Made by a program: the position numbers and the translations under genes
Shown here: positions 17,873 through 28,358 of the stretch, piece by piece
Position numbering within the stretch: position 1 is the stretch's first letter
Layout of the letters: every line of letters begins with the position of its first letter
Notes under the pieces: model-generated
Seen by the model: only the letters and a program-made list of their open reading frames with translations
What the model was told of the DNA's origin: nothing
Databases searched by the model: none
Assembly: GCA_965115855.1 (NCBI GenBank)
Contig: OZ220470.1
Span: forward strand, 1,335,376-1,399,375
Origin: Vicinamibacteria bacterium
GTDB lineage: Bacteria; Acidobacteriota; Vicinamibacteria; Marinacidobacterales; Marinacidobacteraceae
Length of the DNA: 64,000 nt
Direction: 5' to 3'

Positions 17873-20248
17873 TCAGCGAAAGACGCAGCGGATCCCGGCT
17901 TCGATCACCCGGCCCAGCGGACGGAAACCTCCGCTCTCGAAGGCGCGGTCGTCCAGCGCGTCACGCACCCGCAGCCGTACCCGGAGACCTTGGACCACCT
18001 CCCAGCCGGCGACCCCGTCGATCCGGCGCATGCCGCGGAACCGGAACACCCGGCTCGAGAACGTGCCGGGATCGAACATCGGCGCGTGGAAGGCCGAGGT
18101 GAGGTGCAGGTCGAGGGACCAAGAGAATCGGCCCTGCCGCCCGGAGAGGAGCAGGCTCCCCTCCTGCTCCGGTAGCAACCACGCCGAAGGGAGCTCGTTC
18201 GGGGCGTTGTCGGACGGGTCGGCGTCGGTCCAGGTGAAGGAACCCCGCGCCCGCAGCGAGCCGGGCAACGCCAGCCGGACTCCCGCCTCGAGTCCGCGGG
18301 CGCTCCCGGCGCCGGTGTTCGCGTAGCCCGAGGAGCGCCCGAACGGGTCGTCTGCCATGTCCAGCGGGCTGAACGCGATGACCTGCGGGCGTTCGGCCTG
18401 GAACCAGGCGACCTCAGCGTCAAACCGGCCGTCGGCCGGGGCGACCGTGGCCCCCACATCCCGCACATGGGTGAACTCCGGCGCGAGGCGCGGGTCGCCA
18501 TACACCGAATAGCCGAAAGAGGAATAGGAGCTCCCGAATCGTTCGTAGAGCGATGGCGCCCGGAAGCCCCGGGCCCACGAACCCCGGAAACGCACGGCGT
18601 CGGTGACCGCAACCCCGCCGGAGATGTCGCCGCTCCAGCCGAGGCCGCCCTCCGGGTCCGGGACATCGGCAAACGGGCTTCCCTCTCGCGGCCAGAGAAC
18701 GGGACTCCCGGTCGCAAAGCGCTGCAGCCGGAGCGCGCCGCGAAGACGGGCGCGGTCCCCGGCCCATCGCACCTCGTCCTGAACGAACGCCGCGAAGATC
18801 GACTGACGCGCCTCGGTGTCCGAGATCGGATTTTCGACGAGCATCCGCTCCCATTCCCCATCGCCGCCGAGGGTCAGGTCGTGCGCCCCGGCGCGGGTGG
18901 ACAGGCGGCCCGACACGCCACGAACCCCGCCTTCGTAGCGGGTGGTTTCGAGGATCGGCGGGTCGTAGAGGCTGGTTCCGAGCGGGCCGTCCTCCACCTC
19001 GCGCAGGGTGGTGAGGTCGTTCCCCCGGAGGGACCACGCGCCGTCGGTTCCCAGCGCCCCGGAAAGCGCGACCTGGGCGGCGAGATAGCGGGTCCGGTGG
19101 AATCCGTCGGGGTCCACCGCGTCCGGAAGGAAATTGGCGCCTCCCGTATCCAGTTCCGCAGCGGGGGTTCCCTCCTCGAAGCGTTCGAGCACGGCCGTTG
19201 GCGCCGCCTTCGCTTCCACCACTCCGGCTGGAAGCGGACCCACCGGAAACGGACTCTCGGTGAGTCCGAAGCCGGCCGTCGCCGCAAATATCCGGCCACC
19301 GATGCGAATTCCGCCCGCCTCCAGCGAGAGGCGGCCGACACCGCCGAGGTTCGTAAACCGATCGTCGCCGGTGGCGCCCCCGGAGAACCCGGTCCGGGTC
19401 ACTCCGCCGGAAAACGCCGCTCCGTCTCCATCGGCGCCGAACGAGCCACCGGCTCGGGTCCGGCCCCGGGTCCCCAACCCGAGATCGGCGGCGAACCGGG
19501 GTCCGGCGTCGGCCCCGCGGGTGATGATGTGGATGACCCCGCCCATTCCGTTGGTGCCGTAGAGTGACGAACCGCCCCCGCGGCGAATCTCCACACGGGA
19601 AATGCCGAGCGTCGCCACCGACGGCAACAGGGCTGAGGCGTCCGCCTGGGTTCCCGACACATCGCGCAGCGGGGCGCCATCCACCACCACTGCGGTGCCC
19701 GGCCCGGGAACGCCGCGCACCGACGCGGTCACCAGGTGGCCCGGTCCCCCGTTTTGCCGGATGCTCACTCCCGGAACGCCACGAAGTGCGTCGGCAACCA
19801 ACCACTCGCCGCGGTCGTCCAGCTCTTCGGACGGGATCGCGGTGACCAGCACGTCCGCGACTCCTCCCGGCCGCGGGGCCCCGGCGGCGGAGACCACGAC
19901 CTCCTCACGGACTGCCCGGAAATAGAGGACAAGATCGACCGGCGGCGATCCGGCGGTGACTTCGACCGGTGCCGCCGACCGGTCGGCGCCGGCTGCCGTC
20001 GCCAGGTAACGGCGCTCGGGGAGCCCGGAGAACACCACCGTCCCCTCGGGACCGGCGGTCCGGTGCGCCACCTGGCCGGTGAGCGGGGACTCGAGGCGGA
20101 CGATGCTGCCGGCCGCCGGAGTTCCGTCCTCGTTGCGGACGTTGACGGTGAGGATCCGGTCCTGGCCGACGACCGGAGGACCGGCAGCAAGCGCAAGAAG
20201 AAACAGGACATTCCGAACCCGGCGGCCGAAAAAAAACAGGAGGGACAT
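17873..20248 (-). CDS. TonB-dependent receptor, probably for cobalamin (BtuB-like)
   Basis: N-terminal carboxypeptidase-regulatory-like domain, plug (ALRGVPGV, GGGSSLYG..GMGGVIHIIT), GFRAPSLYER; lies downstream of a B12 riboswitch. Start uncertain. Confidence 0.85.
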   Translation of the reverse strand: MSLLFFFGRRVRNVLFLLALAAGPPVVGQDRILTVNVRNEDGTPAAGSIVRLESPLTGQVAHRTAGPEGTVVFSGLPERRYLATAAGADRSAAPVEVTAGSPPVDLVLYFRAVREEVVVSAAGAPRPGGVADVLVTAIPSEELDDRGEWLVADALRGVPGVSIRQNGGPGHLVTASVRGVPGPGTAVVVDGAPLRDVSGTQADASALLPSVATLGISRVEIRRGGGSSLYGTNGMGGVIHIITRGADAGPRFAADLGLGTRGRTRAGGSFGADGDGAAFSGGVTRTGFSGGATGDDRFTNLGGVGRLSLEAGGIRIGGRIFAATAGFGLTESPFPVGPLPAGVVEAKAAPTAVLERFEEGTPAAELDTGGANFLPDAVDPDGFHRTRYLAAQVALSGALGTDGAWSLRGNDLTTLREVEDGPLGTSLYDPPILETTRYEGGVRGVSGRLSTRAGAHDLTLGGDGEWERMLVENPISDTEARQSIFAAFVQDEVRWAGDRARLRGALRLQRFATGSPVLWPREGSPFADVPDPEGGLGWSGDISGGVAVTDAVRFRGSWARGFRAPSLYERFGSSYSSFGYSVYGDPRLAPEFTHVRDVGATVAPADGRFDAEVAWFQAERPQVIAFSPLDMADDPFGRSSGYANTGAGSARGLEAGVRLALPGSLRARGSFTWTDADPSDNAPNELPSAWLLPEQEGSLLLSGRQGRFSWSLDLHLTSAFHAPMFDPGTFSSRVFRFRGMRRIDGVAGWEVVQGLRVRLRVRDALDDRAFESGGFRPLGRVIEAGIRCVFR

Positions 20249-20404
20249 GAAGGGACTCCGCGGTTGGCGAGAGCGTCCTCCGGCACGGATTGCGGTCCTT
20301 CCCGGTCGCACACCTTCCCCTGTACATCATCTCCCTGTATGGGCGCGTTGTTGTGGGGCGGTGTTGACGCAAGAGGGGTTCTTCCCGGCGAAGAAGCTCC
20401 CGAT

Positions 20405-20620
20405 TCCAGCTTCCGGCAGGTCTCCTGACTTACGGAGCGACGCTCCGGCTGCCGCCGGGGCGCCCACCCGGCCCCCCTTCCCACCGGCCGAAGCCGGCAG
20501 TGGGCGCCGGATCGAAATCCGGCTCGGGCTGGGCATTCCGATTCACAGTGGCGCGGACCGTCCGGGATTCACACCCGGGTTCCCTCTTCGTCGGCGGCGA
20601 ACGCCGCCAAAACCTGAAGC
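20405..20620 (-). ncRNA. Cobalamin (AdoCbl) riboswitch
   Basis: Minus strand AAGAGGGAA..GGTGTGAATCCC..CGCCACTGTGA...CCCACTG...TGGGAAGG...AAGTCAGGAGACCTGCC (B12 box), upstream of the TonB receptor and PduO genes. Confidence 0.92.
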
Positions 20621-20674
20621 CGTGTGAGGAAAGCAGACCCAGTATAACCGGGCGGGACGGCTAAGGTTCCCGCC

Positions 20675-21850
20675 GTGACACGCCTCGAGGACCTTCGGCT
20701 CTCGGGGCGGAGACTGCTGCTGCGCGCCGACCTGAACGTCCCGCTCGCGCACGGCGCAAGCGCCGACGACAGCCGCATCCGGGCGGCGGAAGCGGGCATC
20801 CGCATGGCGCTCGAGGCCGGTGCCGCAGTGGTGCTTGCCTCCCACCTGGGACGACCGAAGGGACCGATGCCGAAACTCGGCCTTGACCCGGTGGCGGCGC
20901 GTCTTTCCGAACTCCTCGGGATTCCGGTCGCCCTTGCACCGGACGTCGCGGGGCCGCGTTCCGCCGAACTCGCGGCGGCGCTTCGTCCCGGCGAGGTGCT
21001 GCTGCTGGAGAACCTCCGTTTCGATCCGGGCGAGACGGCAAACGACCCGGACTTCGCAAGCCGCCTGGCATCCCTCGCCGACGCCTACGCGAACGACGCC
21101 TTCGGGGCTGTGCACCGGGCCCACGCTTCGGTGGACGCCTGCCCGCGGCTCTTCGCGCGCCCCGCCGCCGGTCCGCTTCTGGTTCGGGAGCTCGAAACGC
21201 TCGGGATGCTGCTGGACGCCCCGCCCCGCCCGTTCGTGGTCATCCTGGGCGGCGCCAAGGTCTCCGACAAATTTCCGGTACTGGATGCGATGCTCCATCA
21301 CGCCGACCGGGTGCTGGTCGGGGGCGCGATGCAGTACACGTTTTTTGCAGCGCAGGGTCTTCCGGTCGGGGACTCGCTGAGGGAGCCGAACCAGATCCGG
21401 CGGGCGCGGCGACTCCTCGCTTCCGCCGGGGACCGGCTGTTGCTTCCGGAGGATCAGGTGGTGGCGGCGGCTCCCGGAGCCGGGGAAGCCAGCGAGATCC
21501 CGCTGGGACGGGAGGCGCCCGCGCCGTGGATGGGCCTCGACATCGGGAGCAGGACCGTCAGCACCTGGAACGAGGTGATCGCCGGCGCCCGGACAGTCGT
21601 CTGGAACGGGCCGCTCGGCCTCTTCGAAAATCCGCGCTTCGCCCGGGGAACCATCGGCATCGCCGAAGCGGTGGCCGCGGCGACCGACCGGGGGGCGCTC
21701 ACGATGGTCGGAGGTGGCGATTCGCTCGCCGCGATCCGCGCGGCCGGTGCGGCAGACCGTATCGGGCACCTTTCCACCGGCGGCGGCGCGACCCTTGCCT
21801 TTCTCGCCGGGGATCCGTTGCCGGGAGTGGAGGCACTTTCCCATGCCTGA
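20675..21850 (+). CDS. pgk: Phosphoglycerate kinase
   Basis: RADLNVP, SHLGRPKG, LLENLRF, NDAFGAVHRAHAS, GGAKVSDK, WNGPLG.FE, HLSTGGGA. Confidence 0.96.
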   Translation: MTRLEDLRLSGRRLLLRADLNVPLAHGASADDSRIRAAEAGIRMALEAGAAVVLASHLGRPKGPMPKLGLDPVAARLSELLGIPVALAPDVAGPRSAELAAALRPGEVLLLENLRFDPGETANDPDFASRLASLADAYANDAFGAVHRAHASVDACPRLFARPAAGPLLVRELETLGMLLDAPPRPFVVILGGAKVSDKFPVLDAMLHHADRVLVGGAMQYTFFAAQGLPVGDSLREPNQIRRARRLLASAGDRLLLPEDQVVAAAPGAGEASEIPLGREAPAPWMGLDIGSRTVSTWNEVIAGARTVVWNGPLGLFENPRFARGTIGIAEAVAAATDRGALTMVGGGDSLAAIRAAGAADRIGHLSTGGGATLAFLAGDPLPGVEALSHA

Positions 21851-22622
21851 GACGCGCCGCCCGCTCGTGATCGGGAACTGGAAGATGCACTGCGCCCCCG
21901 GCGAGGCGCGCCGGCTCGCCGGGGAAATCGCCGACCGATTCGACCCGGCTGGAGTGGATGCGGGGATCGCCCCTCCCTTCGTCGCCATCCCGGCGGCGGC
22001 CGAGGCACTCGGCGGCGGGCCGATCCGGCTGGGAGCGCAGGATGTCCACTTCGAATCCGAGGGTCCGTTCACCGGGGCGGTCTCGGCGTCCATGCTGGCG
22101 GCCGCCGGCTGTTCGTTCGTGCTCGTCGGCCATTCCGAGCGGCGCACGCTGTTCGGGGAGACCGACGGCGACGTGGAGCGCAAGACCCGCGCCGCCCTCG
22201 CCGCCGGCCTGACCCCGGTGGTGTGCGTGGGCGAGAACGCGACGGAACGCGACCGGGGCGAAGCCGAGGCGGTGGTGGCGCGCCAGCTCGGGGCGCTCCG
22301 GAGCCTGGCGGATCGGCGCCGGGAGATCGTGATCGCCTACGAACCGGTATGGGCGATCGGCAGCGGGAAGACGGCCACCCCGGAAATCGCCCAGGGGATG
22401 CATGCGGCGATCCGGTCCCGGCTCGCCGAAATCGCCGGGGACGCCGCCGCCGCAATGCGTCTTCTTTACGGAGGCTCGGTGAAAGGCGATAATGCCCGGA
22501 GCATGACCCGGGGCGTCGATGTGGATGGCGTCCTCGTCGGAGGCGCCAGCCTCCGCGCCGATTCCTTCCTCGCGATCGTTTCCGAGGTTCGGGAGTCCTT
22601 TTCCACCGGAACGAACCCATGA
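21843..22622 (+). CDS. tpiA: Triosephosphate isomerase
   Basis: GNWKM, VGHSERR, AYEPVWAIG, YGGSVK, LVGGASL. Confidence 0.96.
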   Translation: MPETRRPLVIGNWKMHCAPGEARRLAGEIADRFDPAGVDAGIAPPFVAIPAAAEALGGGPIRLGAQDVHFESEGPFTGAVSASMLAAAGCSFVLVGHSERRTLFGETDGDVERKTRAALAAGLTPVVCVGENATERDRGEAEAVVARQLGALRSLADRRREIVIAYEPVWAIGSGKTATPEIAQGMHAAIRSRLAEIAGDAAAAMRLLYGGSVKGDNARSMTRGVDVDGVLVGGASLRADSFLAIVSEVRESFSTGTNP

Positions 22623-22978
22623 CGATTCTCGTGACCATCCTGCATGTGCTGGTCTCCCTCTTCCTCGTGCTGGTAGTCCTGACCCAGCAGGGCAAGGGCC
22701 AGGATCTCGCCAGCGCCTTCGGCGGCGCCGGCAGCCAGGCCGCCTTCGGGGCCCGCGGGACCGCGACCCTGCTGACCCGGATCACGACCGTGACCGCGGC
22801 GCTGTTCATGGTCACCTCGCTGGCGCTCGGCTATCTGAGTCCCGGAACCTCGGAAATCACGGTACTCGGTGACGACCCGGCGAGCGCGCCGGCGGAGCCG
22901 GAACCGAACGAGCCCGGTGCGGCGCCGGAAGCGGCGGGAGAAGAGCCGGGGGAAGAGCCGCCGGAAGAGCCTTCCTGA
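22619..22978 (+). CDS. secG: Preprotein translocase subunit SecG
   Basis: Two TM helices, QQGKGQDLASAFGG; follows tpiA. Confidence 0.92.
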   Translation: MTILVTILHVLVSLFLVLVVLTQQGKGQDLASAFGGAGSQAAFGARGTATLLTRITTVTAALFMVTSLALGYLSPGTSEITVLGDDPASAPAEPEPNEPGAAPEAAGEEPGEEPPEEPS

Positions 22979-23100
22979 TTCCGATCCGGAACACGCCGGA
23001 CTCGCCAGGCTCGCGCAGGGCGGAGAAAGGGCCTTCCCGACCCGGCTGAAGTAGAATTCCCTGCCCCGCCAGGCCGTTTCGGCTGGCGAGGCATGCCGCC

Positions 23101-23188
23101 GCCGAAGTGGTGGAATCAGGTAGACACGTGCGCTTGAGGGGCGTATGGGCTTACGCCCGTGGGGGTTCGAATCCCCCCTTCGGCACCA
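23101..23188 (+). tRNA. tRNA-Leu(GAG)
   Basis: GCCGAAGTGGTGGAATCAGGTAGACAC...TTGAGGG...long variable arm...GGTTCGAATCCC...CGGCACCA; usual position after secG. Confidence 0.95.
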
Positions 23189-23213
23189 GGCCGGCGACGT
23201 CCGTCGGGAGCGC

Positions 23214-23861
23214 TCAGTCGCCGCGAACGGCGGTGCGGACATGGTGGAAGACGCCATCCCCGTCTTCCACCCGCTCCAGCCGGATCTCCCCGAACCCCAG
23301 GTCCTCGAGCCAGCCCTCCACCTCCGGGCTTCCGGCATGGACCGGCTTTTCGGTGGCGACTTCCCGATGGAAGCGGGTGTGCTGGTGATCCTCGGCGAAG
23401 TCCTCGTCCGCCAGCATCACCCGGCCCCCCGGCGCCAGCACCCGGCGGACTTCGGCAAGCCCGGCCCTGGGGTCCGCCCAGTGGTGGAACGCCTTGATCG
23501 AAAGAACCAGGGTCGCCCAGCCATCGGAAACCGGAAGATCCTCGGCGCCGGCCCGATGCACCCGGACCCGGCGCAGCAGGGAAAGCGTGCGCACGCGGGT
23601 GGCGAGGCAGCATGGCCACGCCGGGTCCACCGCCCGCACCCGGACCCGGAGCGCGCTTCGGGCGGCGAGCGCCACCGATTCCCCCGGACCGCAGCCGATA
23701 TCGACCACCCGGTCCCCGTCCCGGATTCCGGCGCAGGACACCAGTTTCCGGTTCCAGATCCCGGTAAACCGGCGGAGCACATAGCCGATCGCCGCCGTGG
23801 TGCGGTACCGCTTCCACCAGGGCCGCCGCCCGGCGTGATGTCCGTGACGATGCGGCGCCAT
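23214..23861 (-). CDS. Class I SAM-dependent methyltransferase
   Basis: VVDIGCGPG, AEDLP, FHHW.DP..GLAEV.RVL.PGG. Start uncertain. Confidence 0.8.
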   Translation of the reverse strand: MAPHRHGHHAGRRPWWKRYRTTAAIGYVLRRFTGIWNRKLVSCAGIRDGDRVVDIGCGPGESVALAARSALRVRVRAVDPAWPCCLATRVRTLSLLRRVRVHRAGAEDLPVSDGWATLVLSIKAFHHWADPRAGLAEVRRVLAPGGRVMLADEDFAEDHQHTRFHREVATEKPVHAGSPEVEGWLEDLGFGEIRLERVEDGDGVFHHVRTAVRGD

Positions 23862-24105
23862 GGCGGAGACCCTACCAACGTCCCGGCCCCCCCGGCCCGC
23901 GCCCGGAGCCGACCCGTCGGCCCCTCGGGACACCCGACCGGAGACGGCCCACCTGCCCTCGAACCCGCAAACCTGATTCCCGATGCACCGTTCCGGCGGC
24001 TCGCCAACCGCTCCCGGGGGGGCACGGTCGACATCCCGGCGCGACGATCCGATCGACGCATCGTCCGCACGCCGGGCCCGATGATCCGGTATCTTCGGGG
24101 GTGTC

Positions 24106-25014
24106 ATGGCACCCTCCCCCACCGGCACCGGTCTCGTCTACCACGAGGCCTTCCTCCGTCACCAGATCCGCCCGGGCCACCCGGAATCGCCGCTGCGCCT
24201 GATCCGCATGATCGAGGCCTTTCGGGCCGCCGGCCTCATGGAGACGGTGGTCCCGGTCGAGAACCGGCCCGACGCCTACCCCTTCCTGCGCGCCCGGCAC
24301 GAGGCTGCCCACGTGGATCGCATCCGGCGCATCCCGCGGACCGGCGAGATCGCCGAAATGGCCGTGGCGGGTGCGCTCGCCGCCGTGGGCCAGGTCTCGG
24401 CGGGCAGGATCCGCAACGCCTTCTGCGCCATCCGCCCCCCGGGGCACCACGCGAACAACACCGGCGCCGAGGAGGGATTCTGCTACTACTCGAACGCTGC
24501 CATCGCCGCCGACTACGCGCGGCGCGAGTGCGGCCACGACCGGGTGCTGATCGTGGACTGGGACTACCACCACGGGAACGCGACCCAGAACGCCTTCTAC
24601 CGGGATCCCTCGGTGCTCTTCTTCTCGACTCACAACTGGCATGACTATCCGGGCACCGGCGACCCGGGCCTCACCGGGCGGGACGAGGGCTCCGGAACCA
24701 ACTGCAACATCCACCTCGGGCCGGGCGCCACCGACCGGGACATGCTCTCCGCCTGGGACCGGACCCTGCTGCCGGCGGTGGAGCGCTTCCGTCCCGACTT
24801 CGTGATCGTTTCCGCGGGCTTCGACAGCCGCAGGGACGACCTCCTCGGGTCCTTCGACCTGACCGATGACGCCTTCGGGCGGATGACCCGCACCCTGATG
24901 GAAGTGGCCGACCATTACTGTGGGGGCCGCCTCGTTTCGTTGCTGGAGGGGGGGTACAACGTCGACGGTTCGGCACGCGCCGCCGCCACCCACCTCGCCA
25001 CCCTTGCCGATTGA
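24106..25014 (+). CDS. Histone deacetylase-family (class II/AcuC-like) deacetylase
   Basis: HPESP.RL, RPPGHHA, GFC, DWDYHHGN.TQ, SAGFD, LEGGY. Confidence 0.92.
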   Translation: MAPSPTGTGLVYHEAFLRHQIRPGHPESPLRLIRMIEAFRAAGLMETVVPVENRPDAYPFLRARHEAAHVDRIRRIPRTGEIAEMAVAGALAAVGQVSAGRIRNAFCAIRPPGHHANNTGAEEGFCYYSNAAIAADYARRECGHDRVLIVDWDYHHGNATQNAFYRDPSVLFFSTHNWHDYPGTGDPGLTGRDEGSGTNCNIHLGPGATDRDMLSAWDRTLLPAVERFRPDFVIVSAGFDSRRDDLLGSFDLTDDAFGRMTRTLMEVADHYCGGRLVSLLEGGYNVDGSARAAATHLATLAD

Positions 25015-25061
25015 CCTTGCCGACCGACCTTGCCGACTGACTCCCCCGAAGGAGACCCCTC

Positions 25062-28000
25062 ATGCTCCCGAACCCGCTCGCCCGATGGACGCTCGCCGTC
25101 ACCCTTGCCACCACGGCGGCAGGCGCCCAGGAAACCGCCACGATCGACGAGAGCCTGCTGTCCGGACTGAAGCTCCGGGGGATCGGACCGGCGGTGCGTT
25201 CCGGCCGCGTCGCCGACGTGGCCATCGACCCCACCGACCGCGCCACCTGGTACGTCGCGGTGGCATCCGGCAACGCCTTCCGGACCACCAACCGGGGAAC
25301 CACCTGGGAACCCATCTTCGACAACTACCCGGTCTATTCGGTGGCGACGATCGTGGTGGACCCCAGGAACCCCGCGGTGCTCTGGCTCGGCAGCGGCGAG
25401 AACAACGGCCAGCGCTCGGTGGGTTGGGGAAACGGGGTCTGGAAGAGCCGCGACCGGGGGGGTTCCTTCGAACACATGGGGCTCCCCGAATCGGAGCACA
25501 TCGGCAGGATCGTCATCGACCCGCGCGACAGCGACACCGTCTGGGTCGCCGCACAAGGTCCGCTGTGGCGCTCGGGAGTCGACCGCGGGCTGTACAAGAC
25601 CACCGATGGCGGCGTCACCTGGGAGCGGACGCTTCACATCTCCGACGACACCGGGATCAGCGACGTGGCGCTGGACCCCCGGAACCCCGACATCGTCTAT
25701 GCCACCTCGTGGCAGCGCCGCCGCCACGTCGGGCTGCTGGTATCCGGCGGGCCCGAGGGCGGCATCCACAAGTCGGAGGACGGCGGCGCCACCTGGCGGC
25801 AGCTGACCCGCGGCCTGCCCGCGGCCGAACGCCACGACATCGGCCGGATCGGCATCGCCATCGCGCCGCACGACCCGGACATCCTCTATGCGCTGATCGC
25901 CGCCTCCGACGACGCGAGCGGCTTCTACCGATCCACCGACCGGGGCGAAAGCTGGGAGAAGCGCAGCGACTACATCTGCGTGGACCCCCAGTACTACATG
26001 GAGATCTTTCCCGACCCCCACCGTCCCGGACGGGTGTACTCGATGGACGTGGTCACCCAGGTCACCGATGACGGGGGGAAGACCTTCCGCGGCCTGAACA
26101 CCCGCTGGAGGCACGTGGACACCCACGACCTCGAGTTCGACCCCGACGACCCGGACTACCTGATGGTGGCCTCCGATGGCGGCATCTACGAGAGCTGGGA
26201 CCTCGGCGAGCACTGGAAATTCCACGCCAACCAGTCCCTCACCCAGTTCTACCGGGTGGGGATCGACAATGACTTTCCCTTCTGGAACCTGTACGGCGGC
26301 ACCCAGGACAACGCCACCCTCGGCGGGCCGTCCCGGACCACCCACGTCCACGGGATCCGCAACAGCGACTGGCTGAACGTGATCGGGGGCGACGGGTTTC
26401 AGGCACGGGTGGACCCCGACGACCCGAACATCATCTACGCCGAGTTCCAGTATGCCGGCATCGCCCGCTTCGACAAGCGCACCGGTGAGCGGGTGGACAT
26501 CCAGCCCCAGCCCGAACCGGACGACTTCCCCCTCAAGTGGAACTGGGACGCGCCGCTGATCATTTCCCCGCACAACGGCCAGCGCCTCTACTTCGGAGCC
26601 AACCGCCTCTACCGCAGCGACGACCGGGCCAACACCTGGATCCCGATCAGCGAGGACCTTACCCGCGGCATCGACCGCGCCGAGCGCCCGGTCATGGGCC
26701 GCAGCTGGAGCGTGGACGCCGTCTGGCGCAATGTCTTCACGTCCACCTACGGCAACATGGTCGCACTCGACGAGTCCCCGCTGGTGGAGGGCCTGCTCTA
26801 CACCGGGATGGACGACGGACGCATCCAGGTCAGCGGCGACGCCGGCATCGAATGGCGCGCGGTGGACACCGTGCCCGGAGTCCCGCCGCGAACGTATGTG
26901 GCCGATCTTCACGCTTCCCGCCACCACGAAAACCGGGTGTACGCGGTCTTCAACAACCACAAGGAAGGCGACTTCGCTCCCTATGTGATGCGCAGCGACG
27001 ACCAGGGCGTCAGCTGGACGAGCATCAGCGGCAACCTCCCCGGCGACCAGCCCGCGTGGGTGATCATGGAGGACCACGAACGGGAGGGTCTGCTCTTCCT
27101 CGGCGCCGAGTTCGGCCTGTTCGTCACTCTCGACGGGGGAGAGCGCTGGGTTGAACTCACCGGCGGCATGCCCACCATCGCCGTCCGTGACCTGGAGATC
27201 CAGCGCCGCGAGAACGACCTGGTGGCGGCGACCTTCGGACGCGGCTTCTTCCTCCTGGACGACTACTCCCCGCTGCGCCACCTCGACGCGGAAGCCCTCG
27301 CCGCCGAAGCGGTGATCTTCCCGGTGAAGGATCCGTGGATGTACGTGGAATCGAACCCGATGGGCGGTGGCGAGAAGGCGTCGCAGGGGGACGCCTTCTT
27401 CACCGCTCCGAACCCGCCCTTCGGCGCGGTGGTCACCTATCACCTCAAGGAAAGCCTCCTTTCGCTCCGGGAGGCGCGGCGGGCACGCGAGCGGGCGCTT
27501 TCCGCCGCCGGGGAGCCGCTCCCCTACCCGGCGTGGGATGCATTGCGGGCCGAGGACCGCGCCGAGGATCCGGCGCTGTTCCTCGTGATCCGCGACGGCA
27601 GCGGCGGGATGGTCCGCCGGATTCCGGCGCCGGGGACGGCGGGGATCCATCGGGTCGCCTGGGACCTCCGCTATCCGGATGCAGCGGGCGGAGGGCGCGG
27701 GGGCCCGCTGGCGATGCCCGGGACGTACACCGCCGAACTGGTCCGGCGCGACGGGAACGGGACCGAGCGCCTCGGCGAGCCGCAGTCATTCACGCCGAAG
27801 GTGCTGGCGGCGGAGGGCGTCCCGCCGGTGGATGTCGAAGCGCGGCACGCCTTCCAGCGCGAGGTCTCGGCACTGCAGCGGCGGGTGTTCGGCGCGCTGG
27901 CGGCGCTCGAAGCCTCCCTCGAGCGGGTCGAGGCACTTGTCGAAGCGCTCGACGCATCGGGTGCGGAAGGCGACCTCCGGGAGCGGGCGTCCGCGATCCG

Positions 28001-28292
28001 GATGGAACTTGCCGACCTCCGGGATCGTTTCCGCGGCGACGCCACGGTGCGTTCGCGCCGGGAGGCCGTCCTGCCCGGCATCCGGGACCGCTTGCAGCGG
28101 GTGGTTGGCGCGTTCTGGTCCACCGCCGATCCCACGGGCACCCATCGCCGCCAGATCGAGATCGTGCGGGAGGAATTCGGCCCGGCGCACCGGGAACTGG
28201 TGCGCCTCGTCGAAACCCGGCTGACCGCGCTCGAAGCCGACGCCGACGCCGCGGGGGTCCCGTGGACTCCCGGCCGCCGCATCCCGCGCTGA
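25062..28292 (+). CDS. Secreted BNR/Asp-box repeat (VPS10-like) glycosyl hydrolase-related protein
   Basis: Signal peptide; many S/T-x-D-G-G-x-T-W boxes; GGTQDN, GGDG, ATFGRG; C-terminal coiled coil. Confidence 0.85.
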   Translation: MLPNPLARWTLAVTLATTAAGAQETATIDESLLSGLKLRGIGPAVRSGRVADVAIDPTDRATWYVAVASGNAFRTTNRGTTWEPIFDNYPVYSVATIVVDPRNPAVLWLGSGENNGQRSVGWGNGVWKSRDRGGSFEHMGLPESEHIGRIVIDPRDSDTVWVAAQGPLWRSGVDRGLYKTTDGGVTWERTLHISDDTGISDVALDPRNPDIVYATSWQRRRHVGLLVSGGPEGGIHKSEDGGATWRQLTRGLPAAERHDIGRIGIAIAPHDPDILYALIAASDDASGFYRSTDRGESWEKRSDYICVDPQYYMEIFPDPHRPGRVYSMDVVTQVTDDGGKTFRGLNTRWRHVDTHDLEFDPDDPDYLMVASDGGIYESWDLGEHWKFHANQSLTQFYRVGIDNDFPFWNLYGGTQDNATLGGPSRTTHVHGIRNSDWLNVIGGDGFQARVDPDDPNIIYAEFQYAGIARFDKRTGERVDIQPQPEPDDFPLKWNWDAPLIISPHNGQRLYFGANRLYRSDDRANTWIPISEDLTRGIDRAERPVMGRSWSVDAVWRNVFTSTYGNMVALDESPLVEGLLYTGMDDGRIQVSGDAGIEWRAVDTVPGVPPRTYVADLHASRHHENRVYAVFNNHKEGDFAPYVMRSDDQGVSWTSISGNLPGDQPAWVIMEDHEREGLLFLGAEFGLFVTLDGGERWVELTGGMPTIAVRDLEIQRRENDLVAATFGRGFFLLDDYSPLRHLDAEALAAEAVIFPVKDPWMYVESNPMGGGEKASQGDAFFTAPNPPFGAVVTYHLKESLLSLREARRARERALSAAGEPLPYPAWDALRAEDRAEDPALFLVIRDGSGGMVRRIPAPGTAGIHRVAWDLRYPDAAGGGRGGPLAMPGTYTAELVRRDGNGTERLGEPQSFTPKVLAAEGVPPVDVEARHAFQREVSALQRRVFGALAALEASLERVEALVEALDASGAEGDLRERASAIRMELADLRDRFRGDATVRSRREAVLPGIRDRLQRVVGAFWSTADPTGTHRRQIEIVREEFGPAHRELVRLVETRLTALEADADAAGVPWTPGRRIPR

Positions 28293-28358
28293 CAACACCG
28301 CGAACGGAACCGGCGGGCGCGCGAATGCCGGGGCGGGCGCCGAGATCGCGCCCGGGGA

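Noticed and set aside
23101-23188. tRNA-anchored genomic island at tRNA-Leu or tRNA-Asp
   Set aside because: No integrase next to either tRNA, and I saw no duplicated tRNA 3' end.
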